Assembly: GCF_006345805.1 (NCBI RefSeq)
Contig: NC_042997.1
Location: 100,192,001-100,256,000, forward strand
Length of the DNA: 64,000 nt
Direction: 5' to 3'
From: Octopus sinensis
Taxonomy: Eukaryota
Part shown: piece after piece, positions 49,870-62,330 of the stretch
Layout of the letters: every line of letters starts with the position of its first letter
Position numbering within the stretch: position 1 is the first letter of the stretch
The notes under the pieces: model-generated
Told to the model about the DNA's origin: nothing
Databases searched by the model: none
The model's input: only the letters and a program-made list of their open reading frames with translations
Made by a program: the position numbers and the translations under genes

Positions 49870-51000
49870 CTCTATTTCCCAGCGCATAAGACATTTTCTC
49901 CTGAAAATATCCCCCTCACACACACACATCACCCTGCATGCATCTTATTGCTAAGAGATCAAGTTGTAGAAAATAGTTTGATTGCTGTGTCCAGTCCTCT
50001 CTAAAACTTTAGTATTATGATATAAGTCAACATGCAAAATATACCCCAGTAACTACAATCATCTGATTCATAAATTCTGTAATATATTGATGGTAACAAG
50101 TAAGAAGTTTGCAAAGGTTTACCAGCACAGGTAACAGAGTGCCATATGTTTTGTTTGGTTTATGGTGAATCAACAATGATAATGCTTCACATGCTATTTG
50201 TAGCAGTACCACGGAAGTAGACACCATCTGTTGGCTGTCAGTTTAGTGATTCAGCTGACAATACCTGTCTATAACACTACACAATGGCAACTAAAAAGAG
50301 AAAACAGACATACTCAATTAACTAAAAGCTACAAGTTGTTGAATATGCCAACAGCATTGCACCAGGCAGCTGAGCAACAGTATGGACCACCACTAATTGA
50401 GAAAAATGAATCATGAATTGAGAAAACAGGAGGAGGCATTAAAGGAAATGGGAATGAAAACGGTTTACGTTATTAAAAAAAAAAAAAAAAAAAAAAATCA
50501 AAAATTCCCACAACTGGAGGAACCCATAAAATTATGTATTACACAATAAAATATGCAAAATAATACATAAGGTGAGAAATTTGAAAGAAAAGGAAAATGT
50601 ATCAGAAGATGAATTCATTGGATTATCTGATGCTGCCATTTCACAAAGAGAATTGTACAGATGCTTGAAGAGTATAAAAAATCCAGGAGTTTCATGTGAT
50701 CAGCATCAGGAAGTTTATGAACTAAGACTAACAGACAGCTTTTGTAGCACAGTTGAAGATGGTGGTCATAAAAACAGGGCATGGAAAACCCATTATACTG
50801 TTCTTTTGGCCTGTTGTGCCAAGAGCACAAAGCTCTTGCTTTTACTAATTTTTAAACAAAGAACAATACTGCAGTGTGAAACTCTGGTTGGAGAAAATAT
50901 AATCATGACATCCAAGTGGTCTGTTGAAGAAATTAACATTACTAGTGAGTAATCAATTACAAGCCTACAAAACAGGAGCAACGAAGGAAAAACTTGATTA
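49870..51000 (+). mobile_element. Highly degenerate pogo (POGK-like) transposon relic
   Basis: MATKKRKQTYS..KLQVVEYAN from 50284, QAAEQQYGPPLIEK, and KTHYTVLLACCA.STKL.LLLIFK.RT (in ORF 50572..50952). Boundaries are uncertain. Confidence 0.65.
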
Positions 51001-52314
51001 ATTAAAAACTGAAACAGTTATCCTCAGCAATTTAATGTCACAGTCAACAAGCCATTCAAATATTTTATGTGAGAAGAGAGGAATAAGTGGATGATGACTG
51101 CTGGGAATTTAGTAACAAGATGACTGAAGTGTCTTACATTTATAGAGATGTCAGCAGGTGAAATCTTCGCAGGCAGCCGTGAGAGCAGAAATAATACCCA
51201 AAGCATAAAAAAAAAATGTGGAAACAATTGTGTAAGGTACGGCAAGAAGAATGAACTTTTCTATGAAAATAGTGAAGACTCATAAACAACTAACAGCAAT
51301 GACTGATGCAGATAACCCCAGTGATTAATATTTAGTAGACAGTAAACTAAACCAGTCTTCAGCTATGTCACACTCTTGAGATATATATTTCACACTAAAA
51401 TTAGTTTTTAAAAATGAGTAGTGAGTTCTGTCACACCTTCTGGCTATAATGGCATCATGGGTGCACTACTAATTTCCAAATGTGTGTATGTATACACACA
51501 CACACACACATTGTAAACATACAAACAAAGCAAATTTAACTATTTCTCTTAATAGATTGATGAACAGCTTAACTGATTTTCAAACATTGGATTCTTCATC
51601 ACTTGATCAATCCCCGAGAAAGTAGCCAATCTGTTTACGTACACAATAAATCCAGTAGCTTCAGAGAACTGGGGCTATTAATTTGCTTACTAATTGTGCA
51701 AATCAGTGAGATGCACAGATACTTGGCAATAGATACATACAATAGATATGACTGCATGGGTTGTTGAATTGTTAAAAAAGCTCTGTCGACAATTGTAACA
51801 AGCTATGTCCAGAAACAGAGTACTAATTTTTGTTAATGCACAACCATTTTGTTCTAAACTAGAGGTTTTTACAAAATAAATTTTGATATGTTCATAAATC
51901 AGCAGAAACTGTCAATGAAAATATTCTTTACTACTTATAAGATGTCTATAATCACTTGTAGGATCTTATGAATCAAAACTACGGTAATTAGGTTGTTAAG
52001 CAAGTAATGCACATTGACAAGCAGGACAAACACTTTTTAAACACAAAATTCAATTTATAAGTAATATCATTGATAACAGTCCAGTTCAATTAAAATGAAT
52101 GTTTAATCAGTAAATTCCAAGACAATTGTTACTGCAGTGCCTTGTCACATTGAAGCTTCAGATACATACTTTCACTCTTAGATATTGAAAAACACATTTA
52201 AAATAAATTAGTAGAAACTCCTCCAACTAAACCCTCTAAATCCAAACAAATTAATATTATAAAAAGTTCCGAAATAAAAATAGCAACCAAGCAAAATATA
52301 ATTTCTTATTGTGA

Positions 52315-52480
52315 TGATGATGTAATTAAAATTAAAATTCGTTATTATTTAACGTCTGTTTTCCATGCAGGCATAGGTTGGATGGTTTGACAGGGGCTGG
52401 CTAGGTAGAAGCCTGCACCAGACTTCACTATCTGTTTTGGCAGGGTTGTTACAGTTAGGTGTCCTTCCTAACACTAACCA
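52315..52480 (-). mobile_element. RTE 3' tail copy
   Basis: tttaacgtctgttttccatgcaggcataggttggatggtttgac...ttccttcctaacact matches the shared tail. Confidence 0.8.
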
Positions 52481-53371
52481 CTAGAGCCTATTTTCTCCAT
52501 AAAATATTAAGGGATATTAACCAGCAAGATTCACATGCTAGTCAATAAAGAGACTCATATATACAATCTTTTTATAACAATACTTGTAAAATAAGTTACT
52601 AGAGGACTTCAGTTTTTTTTTTGTTTCAAAATTTATGAACTTTCAAATTGTTTATTTTATTAAGAAACTAACAAAAAAAAAAACGAGCGTTTGATAACAG
52701 TTAAAATATTTCTGAAATAATTCAATTTTCTCAAAATTTCTTATGATAAAACTATAATAATTTGGGTATAATGTTAAAAAAGAAACACCTGCAATTTCAG
52801 ACTTTCCATTGGTCTGTCAATGAATTGAATCAAAGATCCGAGTTTCAAAAATTAGCCCAGTCAACTTCAATAGTTGCTTGCAAAAGTTCTAATATTTCCA
52901 ACAACAAATTGTTATCCAGCATTTATATATCTTGAGGTTTTGAGAATGAGCAGAACAGAAGCTGGGAAAGCAAACCCAATTCAATGCAATTTCACAGGAA
53001 CTGAATGAATATAGTTAAATATTGAAATTGTTTTGGTATGTTTTCAAGAAAAGGTTTAGTATTCTGTCACAATTAAGTGGTGGTGTGCTTTCTTAATATT
53101 TTAGTGATAAATTAAAGAAGATGAATGAAAGTGTATACAGAATTAGACTATACGAATGTATGATTTTAAAAAAATGCGTGCATTGTTATGTACCTATATA
53201 AAACAAGTAGAACCCACTACCAAAACACACATATTTTTTAAATCTTACAACTTTTGCTATGTAACCCAACAGTGTAACAAACTTATGAAGTCAGGTACTA
53301 AATAAATTTCTATATAATAGCCAACACAGATGTTGGTCATTTGGGTGATTTCTCCAGGTACACTTTACATC

Positions 53372-53373
<2 letters not shown>

Positions 53374-53409
<36 letters not shown>
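53374..53409. repeat. (AG)n microsatellite
   Basis: About 18 AG units. Confidence 0.95.
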
Positions 53410-53411
<2 letters not shown>

Positions 53412-53783
53412 AGGATAAAAAGTACTGGATGAATACACATACTAGGCTTGGTAGCAAGCAATGAGTTAAAAAACACTACACACACACATAATGAGAGAGA
53501 AAGCATCATAGACAGAAGAGGAAATGACAGTATTTACAATGGATAAATATACACATACATACAGATAATTTAAGAAATCTAAATAGCACAAATACATATG
53601 ACTTGGTGTACACACTAGGGGAAAAAACATTTTCACTTTATTTTAAAAAGGGGGTTAAAAATTAAAACAAAATTTTTTGCCTTGTTGATTTTAAAATTGT
53701 GGAAGTTGATTTTAATATTGTGAACAAAAGACATTGATGGTTGTTCTAAAAAAAACTATAGAATTCTTTTGCTTAAAGAACAT

Positions 53784-54113
53784 TAAAAAAAAAGACTCTG
53801 CCGGTTACGACGACGAGGGTCCCAGCTGATACGATCAACGGAACAGCTTGCTCGTGAAATTAACGTGCAAATGGCTGAGCATTCCACAGACACGTGTACC
53901 CTTAACGTAGTTCTCGGGGAAAATCAGCGTGACACAGAGAGTGACAAGGCTGACCCTTTGAAATACAAGTACAACTCATTTTTGCCAGCTGAGTGGACTG
54001 GAGCAACGTGAAATAAAGTGTCTTGCTCAGGGACACAACGCGTCGCTGGGAATCGAACTCACAACCTTACGATCATGAGCCGAATGCCCTAACCACTAAG
54101 CCACGCGCCCTCA
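53784..54113 (-). mobile_element. Young tRNA-derived SINE with a target-site duplication
   Basis: Minus-strand head TGGCTTAGTGG (A box) and GAGTTCGATTCC (B box); central GTGTCCCTGAGCAAGACACTT and CCAGTCCACTCAGCTG. CTTAAAGAACAT is repeated at 53772-53783 and 54114-54125. CpG-rich. Confidence 0.92.
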
Positions 54114-54957
54114 CTTAAAGAACATATATAACTGGTGAATTGAGAAAGAAACAAAAATGAAGCAAGAAATCTAAAAAAATAAACTTTATCACTTAAGTGA
54201 AATGTATAAGTAAATGCTTGAATGTGCAAGTAAGAAGTTTATTTAATTCAATTTTATTTTAAGGTAATTTTTAAAAATTAGTAATTATATTTCTTGATAT
54301 ACCCATAGTGTCAAAAGTCTACTTCAAAGTTACTTGTCATATGACAAGTAACACTCTGGTATTAATATAACAAGCATTAATGTCAGAATGTACATTGCTT
54401 ATTTCCTAAACCTTATTTTAATAATTACAAAAATCATTTATTGTGTATAATGGATGATGAAAACAACATGCCTTTCATTGTTCATAATATTTAATCTAGT
54501 ATGAGTGCTGTTGACAGTGAATAAACTAGTGAAAAGACATTCAAGTTAAATGAATTCTTGGAAGAAACTGAAAAGCTTTTAAATTCCCTTCAGAGATTTT
54601 TTAGTATAGGATTATACAAGGTTTATAAGTTATGTATTAATGGATATTGATTGCAATGAACAAATAGTTATGAGAAATACAGAAAATTACGTACTTAAAA
54701 CCCAATCTCCACACACACACTTCTAAATAATTATTAAAAATGTTCACCTAAGTAGTAAATTATTACTTAATGAAATTTCAATGTTTTTATTTAATTCTTT
54801 AAGTGTAAAGAAGAAGCTTAGTATAATTAGTATGTATAGGTGTTAACAAGAAACAAGCTATATTAAAAACCTTTATGGGAGAATCCATGATAATCAAATA
54901 CATAAACTAGTTACAAAATGGTTAAATTCTTAAAACATTACAATTATATTTTATAAT

Positions 54958-55110
54958 ACTGGTTTCAAATTTTGGCACAATGTCAGCAATTTCAGGGAAT
55001 GGATTAAGTTGATTACATCAACCCCTGTACTCAACTCTACTTATTTTATTGGCCCTGAAAGAATGAAAGGCCAAGTCAAATTCAGCAGCATTTGAACTCA
55101 GATCATAAAG
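54958..55110 (-). mobile_element. Meta-domain-like SINE copy
   Basis: Homologous to 2155-2360 (ggtttcaaattttggca...acttattttattg.ccc.gaaa..atgaaagg...atttgaactcaga). Confidence 0.7.
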
Positions 55111-57607
55111 TAACCAAATATAAGCAACATTTTTGTTTTTGAAGTAGTTTAAAAAAAGAGGGGGGAGAATCTAATCCAAAAACAAATAATACCCACTCCC
55201 TGTCTTTATTTTAACTTAGCAAGGTCTATTTCTTTGACCCTTTACAGTCAAAGCATCTATAGCAATATACCTGATTCAAGTGCTTGCAACAGTGGTGATG
55301 TTAATACTTAATCTATTATCTATTTAAGGATTAAATTGAGATTTTGCACCAATTTACAAACACATTCTTTATTTTACCCAGTTATCTCAACCACAGAGAA
55401 GAAGTACAAACAGTTTATATTTCAAAATAAAAATACAAAATCTTTGAAAAGTGAGTCAGAAAAGTTTAACAAAAAGTCTATAAAATAATTAGATTTCAAC
55501 ATTTCTGACAAGAAAATGTTTTAAGGAACATATCCATATATTAGAAACTAAACTGCTTATACAAATGATCTTTGTAGTCTGTAAAATAAAAACATTTTAT
55601 ATATATATTACATATACATAAAATAGTCTAATTGCATTTTTTTTCAGCTGCTAGATAAAACATGCATGTTACATATCAAGGCTGAAGTACATAAGTACTG
55701 ATTGATCATATCCCAACCAGTAATAAATCCATTACAATGTCAGCAGCCTGGTCTTAAGCAGCTAATAGGTTGCAAGTCTGATATCAAATCAATATAGACT
55801 ATTTGCAAGGAGAGAGGGTCTTATGTAAGAGATAAAAAATTGGTTGCAGGTTTTCCTTTTCTCCATTTCCCTCTCCCCACTCCCACTGTCTCCAAGTTTC
55901 ATGTTAGCTGGTATTATCTAAGGTAAACTGATGTACTATAAATTGGCTAGCCATCAACTTGACATTTGGTCTACAACATATCTAACAATACAAAATTAAT
56001 CAAATTATCTGCACTAAGAAGAAGCTACTTATATATTTTTTCTAGTTTTTTTGTTTTTATAAGATTTCAAAAACAGCGCTTGAAAAGGTCAAAAATCTTT
56101 CTTAAAACCAAACAAGATCATACTTATTATTAGAGCAATATGATTGTCAAACACCAATTAAAGATAAAAATCCAAGAGTAGAAATTAGTAATAGACATGA
56201 GTGTAAATAATGCATGAACAGCTCTTTTCTTAGTAAACTTGATTCATTGTTATTCAGCTAATAAATCTGATGGAATGTAATAACTTTAGTTGAAATAATT
56301 AGTAAGACCAAATAATAATATTAATAATAGTAATAATAATGCACACAAAAAATGTCATGAACACTATATATTTACTTTGCAGTTGACAATAAGTATAATT
56401 ATTTCATTAACAATGTGGCAGGTACCATGTGATGTTATGTTTGCAGTGAATCTGCAGTCTGCTCTTTATTCCAATAAGAACACTACTGAGATATGCGTAA
56501 TTCTAAAAAATACAACATAATTATGTAACAAATATGCTTGCTCAAGAGAAGAAATGAGGTGATATTGCATACACACACACAAATTTAACTAGTCTGAATT
56601 TCAAAAATGGTAACTGACCAATGATATACTAGCGTTTTAAATGTGGTAATGCCAAACCCAATTGACAACAACAACAATAAAAAAGTAACCACAAACTAAC
56701 CAATGAAAAAAAATGGCTAACTACAAAGACCAAAAAGAAAAAAGTGACTAGCAAAATAGTCAAAGACATCAGACATATCACCTGAATAGTCAACATGAAA
56801 TTGACATAAGAATTCAGTGAGCAGAGTAGTTAACAGAATTGGAATTTTGAAATTGGAGAAAATGATAACAGTCAAACAGAAAATACCAGAACACCAATCA
56901 AATTGGAAAACAAAATGTGACAGTGCGAGACAGTGAAAAAAAAAAAAGAGAAACCACCAATTTACCAATAAAAACAAGTAATGATGTAGGAAAGCTAGGT
57001 ATATTAGAGAAATCAACTAATAGGAAAAGAATGATCAACAACTTAACTAGAGAAAGAGCAAACACCAATATTCAATATACATTGCTAGTGTAAAATAATG
57101 GTATCACAGGAAAAACTGACAAAAACAAGAAAACAAAAAAGGCACATATACAAACACACATTAACATCATAATTATTTACCAGGTTTGAGATAACATGAA
57201 TTGCTTTGGAACAGTGAATCTTGAAGCAATTAAAACTATAACAGCATGTAACTACTGGGTTAAAAAAACCTCTAGTAGAAGTTGAAGGCTACCTGTGGGA
57301 TGTGAACCTACATCTCCTGTAACATATAATTAATATGCATATATCATCATCATTTAACATCCATGTTCCATGCTGGCATATATATACATACACTTATACA
57401 TTAAAATGCATATAAATGTAAATTTGAGTCTATATATTTACATGTATGTATGCATGTACGTATATATAAACTGTGTTCAATATTACTATAACATGGCTCA
57501 AATTTCAAACTCTAACCTATCCAAGCTTTGATAACTTTTTTAAAAAGAATGGCATTTGGAACTTTCTACTCAGCACAAGCCTTTGGGTAAATGGTAAACT
57601 TACCAGC

Positions 57608-57625
57608 AAACTTATTTTCTACATT

Positions 57626-57666
<41 letters not shown>

Positions 57667-57888
57667 TAAAATGTAGAAAATAAGTTTATATATATATATT
57701 GATAAAAATGGTAAGACAACAAAAGAATGAAAGAGACCTCGATATTATGTAAATAGAGGAATTTATCTGTAAATATAATACCTGACAATTATTGGTGGAT
57801 TTCCACCTCGGCATCCGAAACTTGGAGTTTTATCATGTCACATTATATATACATAAGGTATAATGTAGAAAATAAGTTTATATATATA
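57608..57888. repeat. (TA)n-centred palindrome plus a third, direct copy of its arm
   Basis: 57608-57634 is the exact reverse complement of 57853-57879 and nearly of 57662-57688. 57670-57696 is identical to 57862-57888. Confidence 0.9.
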
Positions 57889-57889
57889 C

Positions 57890-58410
57890 CCACACACTAT
57901 ATGTTCCCTCTTTATAACCCTTTAAAACTTGTTCTTCATTCATTACATTTCTTCCATCACCCATTCCCCTTCTCTGTCTTTCATTCTCCCATACACTCTT
58001 GTAATCTCTATCTACCTACACTTCCTGTTCCTCTGACACTTCTCACTCTTCTCTTGTACTTTGAAGGACCACCTACATATCTCATCATCACTACTATCTC
58101 TTTTCAGCACTACATCTATCACAACCATCCACTCTTCTAAAATGTGAGTAACAATAAAGTTCCTCTACAGAAAGAAACCACTTCTCTGGCTCCGTCTCTC
58201 ATCATTTAACCCCTCAGAGCTCAGTCTTGCAAGCCGGTTCCACAAAAAAGGCACTTGGAATGCAGTGTAAAGTAGTTGGCATTAGAAATGGCATCTGGCC
58301 CTAGAAACCATACAACAGCAGATTTTATAGTACAAAACATTTCTTGGGCCCATCAGAGGCTGTCAAACCATCCAACCCAAGCCAACATTGAACATGGATA
58401 CCAAATGATG
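57890..58410 (+). mobile_element. Old RTE-tailed element with a CT-rich body
   Basis: Pyrimidine-rich body ending in ccatccaacccaagccaacattgaacatggataccaaatgatgataatga, a decayed RTE tail. Confidence 0.55.
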
Positions 58411-58454
58411 ATAATGACAATGGGTATTCAAACACACACACACACACACACACA

Positions 58455-59530
58455 CTCATGCAGCCATGGACATGTGGCTGAGGAGTTCACTTCATAACCT
58501 CATGGTTTCAGGTTCAGTCCCACTTTGTGGAACCATGGGCTCTTGTTTTATACTATAGTTCTTGGCACCTGAAGAAGCCCATTGTATATATATCATCATA
58601 ATTTTAATATACACTTTTCTATGCTTGCATGAGTCAGATGGAATTCGCTGAGGTAGATTTTCTATAGTCAGCTGCTCTTCTCTTCACTAACTCTCACCCA
58701 CCCGTTTCCAAGTACAGTAATATTTTCCCATACCAGAAAAGTTTCCACAGAGGACTGGAAATGACAGTGACACTTGCTTACAACCACCACACAATGTCAA
58801 AGCAAAGAGACAGTAATGTATACACACACATACATATGATGAGCTGCTTTCAGTTTCCATCTACCAAATCCACACAGAAGGCTTTGGTTAACTCAGAGTT
58901 ATACTAGAAGACCCTTGCTGCAGTAAGATTTAAACTGGAATCATGTGGTTAGGAAATAAACTTTTATCACACAATCATGTCCACATCTATACGCAAGCAC
59001 ATATGAATGTGCAAGTGAGTGTGTATCTGTTGTGTTAGCCAGCTTATAAACAATGACTTTAACCTGTCACAGGCTTGTAGTCAACCATAAAAGAATAACT
59101 GAGCTTTCCAACATGTCTTGACATGTTGTGTGATCTTTTTAAACAATAGGCTCTTCAAACAGTGTTATCTGCTTCCAGTTCCCTCATAGAAAACATGTCT
59201 GGGCTGTTAGTTGTTTGTTACACAGTGACATTATTAAACTTGCTTACAAACTAGTGAAGGTTGTCAACCAGCTTTAGAAAGAACTCTGCCCCAACCTAGC
59301 TGCATTTAACCCATGTAGCCATGGGATGGTACATGTTAAAACAATGATGATATATATACACATGTGCATGTGGCTGTGTTACAAAGTTTGCTTCCCAAAC
59401 ACATGGTTCCAGATTCAGTCCCACTGAGTAGCACCTTGGGCAAGTGTCTTCTACAATAACCCTGGGTCAAATAGTCTTGTGAGTGGTGGATTTCATAGAA
59501 GGACACTGAAAAAAACTTCTGTGTGTGTAT
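58455..59530. mobile_element. Three degenerate tRNA-SINE 5' fragments: ~58455-58600 (+), ~58830-58985 (-), ~59365-59530 (+)
   Basis: Each carries tggctgtg/gagg...catggtt(t/c)cag(g/a)ttcagtccc or its reverse complement, matching 8620-8782. Confidence 0.7.
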
Positions 59531-60931
59531 ATCATTAATGGTGTAAGACTGAGTAATATCATATAGCTGATAACTGATGAAGAATTAGGGACCTTCTGTG
59601 TGTCTTCTGTCCGTTTGTGGACTCAATATACATTATATGCTTTTTACTTTTCATCTATGCATTTACTATACATTTTTCACTTATATATATACACATACAT
59701 ACACACACACACACACATAAATATAGGTACACACACATATATATATATAGATTAATTCCTCAAATTAAAGTAAAATTGTTTTTATTATAACAAATATTCA
59801 TACACACACACATTCCCACATTTATATACATAGATACATACAGACATGTATATATATACATATATGGTGGAAATCAAATTATGACCAAGGAAGGGAACAT
59901 CCTAAAGTCAGTAGGCCCATACTAACACACAGAATCCAAGAAGCTCCCATGCATGAATTTGCTTTTTAGTGGATAAAGTATTGCACGGCACTGAACCCAC
60001 CTTTCAGTGCAAACAGCTATAAAACCAGTGGCACAACAGAGATTGGGATAAACAGAAATCAACCAACTGCACTTCTAATTTTTTTTATACAAGTTTACCT
60101 TGTCCTAGAAGGAAGTTATAGCAAGAATTAGGGGTTCTTCACTCCCAGTGGTTCACATGCTAGTTAACCCATAGCTGGGATCCTAATAGATGATAGTACT
60201 CTAGATCAGAGTGGACTTGAAAACAATAATGGCAAAGAGCTGGTTCCACACTCCTCAAAACCCTGGACCTCTATGCCAGGGTCCCACTAACAGATGTAAT
60301 TTAATGTCCTATCCAGGACTAATCTCTCTGACACATGTATGTGGGTGTATATATACAATTATTTTACTAAAATCTTCATTATTTTCAAAATAAATTGAAA
60401 CAAAAGCAGTATTTCAACAGAAATATGGTAACAAAGTATTAAACAATGTCCACAGACAAGATACAATTTTCATCCAAGAAAAGTCTCTTATAGACATTGT
60501 GTTAAAAACAATATACATTAGAGGGATACCTAAAAAAATTCTTTTTTAAACCATACCACCTGCAGTAGCTAGCAAAAGTACCTTAGGCATTTCAGCTTTC
60601 TTGGGCCTTATCAATGATGAACTCATAGACACATTCCTAAGCGAAATCTCTCACCTATGATATATAGGAACTGAACAATTTATTCACTGATGTTGCAAAT
60701 AGTTGGCATCCTGAATAAAAACCTGTCATATGCAATAAAAGTACTATGTATCATACTTAATATATATACACCATATACAGGCAAGATACCATGTTTTTTG
60801 TCAATGATAAAATTTCTTCATGTCTGTAAATAGATATTACCTAGGATGTAAACCATATTATCTTGCCTACAAACAGTATATATACAAGAAGTAATGATAC
60901 ACAACTATATACACAGGTGTGCATATCTGTA

Positions 60932-60978
<47 letters not shown>
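60932..60978. repeat. (TG)n(TA)n compound microsatellite
   Basis: Read directly from the sequence. Confidence 0.95.
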
Positions 60979-60980
<2 letters not shown>

Positions 60981-60999
60981 TTTTGATCATTTTGTCATC

Positions 61000-61960
61000 T
61001 GACATGTGGCATATGGTACACCTATACAAGTTAATGTCGATTTGATGGAGTGAGTGAGCTTATGTGAACACAAGAATTTGATCACTATAAACAAAGTATC
61101 AGTGTGGTTGTTTGGCAAGAAATTGCTGAACAACCACACAAATGATTTGTTTATATTGATCAAGAAATTGCCAATCATCATCATCATCATTTAACGTCCG
61201 CTTTCCATGCTAGCATGGGTTGGACTATATATATATATAAATATATATATATAAATCCCGTACAGTTTGTGTTTATAGTGATCAAATGTTTGTGGTGTAC
61301 ATTAGCTCACTTCTATCAAATTGACATCATACAGGTGCATGGTTTGCTGTATGTTGAATGTGGAAGTGATTACAAAGTAACCTGAGATTAACTGTTTTGC
61401 TCAACAACACAATGTACCACCTGGTCCAGAAGTCAAAGCCTGGTCATGTATATATATAAATATATATATATATGCATAGTGAGAATGCATGGCCTAAAGG
61501 TTAGAGTATTGCACTAACAAATACATGACCAGACTTTGGACCAAGTGGCACATTATGTTGTTGAGCAAAACAGTTCATCTCAGGTTACTTTGTAATCACT
61601 TCCACATTCAACATACAGCAAACCTTGCACCTGTATGATGTCAATTTGATAGAAGTGAGTTAATAATGTACACCACTAACATTTGATCACTATAAACACA
61701 ATCTGTACGGGATTTTACCAACACAGACAGTGAGTATGCACGACCTAGTGGTTAGTGTTGCACTCACAAACACAAGATCATGGTTTCAACTTCTGTACCA
61801 AGTGGCACATTGTCTTGAGTAAAACATTTCATCTCATGTTACCCTGTGATCACTTTCACATCTCACATGCACCTGTATTACATCGATTTGACAGAAGTGG
61901 GCTAATGCATAGCACAAACATTCAGTCACCATAAACACAATCCATGTAGGATTTTCAACA
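61000..61960. mobile_element. Cluster of four copies of one tRNA-SINE family: ~61000-61170 (+), 61253-61451 (-), ~61478-61715 (+), ~61728-61950 (+)
   Basis: Shared core gtc(a/g)atttga..gaagtg.g.ta..gtaca....acatttgatcactataaaca. Heads atgca(t/c)g(g/a)ccta..ggttag are present in the last two copies. Confidence 0.85.
61178..61225 (-). mobile_element. Ultra-short (~50 nt) RTE 3' tail insertion
   Basis: atcatcatcatcatttaacgtccgctttccatgctagcatgggttggac is identical to the tail of the 23196-23792 element. Confidence 0.85.
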
Positions 61961-62089
61961 AAAGATAGTGGAACTTCATTTAAATATGTGTGTGTGGAGA
62001 GAGAGAGGTACGCACACACAGATATATTTATAAATAGACATGTATATACCTTAACTTTTGTTTTGTCTCACCTCACGAGCTATGGCTAA

Positions 62090-62330
62090 GCTGGATCATC
62101 ATCAATGTTGCTACACTTTTTACTGATCTTCCTCCTTTAGTGGGCATTTGGTGAATGAGGGAGTTCGAAGTTGCAGCCTTCAGTTGTGTTTCTTGCCATG
62201 AAGTAAGCTCGTGGTTCTAGAGGGAGAGGTCTAGTTGCTTCTTGAAAACTTCTCCCACTACAATGTGCATGTCTCTTTACATAGGATACTGAAAAGCTAT
62301 AGGCCTTTGAACCCTAAGCGACTGCATTAT
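62090..62330 (-). mobile_element. Possible 3' end of a LINE ORF2
   Basis: The minus strand reads VGEVFKKQLDLSL*..TSWQETQLKAATSNSLIHQ, resembling the FKxxLD C-terminus of CR1/L2-type ORF2. Short and degenerate. Confidence 0.4.

Noticed and set aside
54040-54113. tRNA-like sequence with a CAT anticodon loop on the minus strand
   Set aside because: The anticodon and acceptor stems pair poorly, and the sequence runs straight into a SINE body bounded by a TSD. It is a SINE head, not a tRNA gene.
56619-56700. Candidate for the missing upstream exon (GFGITTFKTLVYHW ending TG|gtcagt)
   Set aside because: It has the GxG...F...W spacing but weak identity, and there is no AG acceptor at the expected ~59-nt position or a plausible one nearby.
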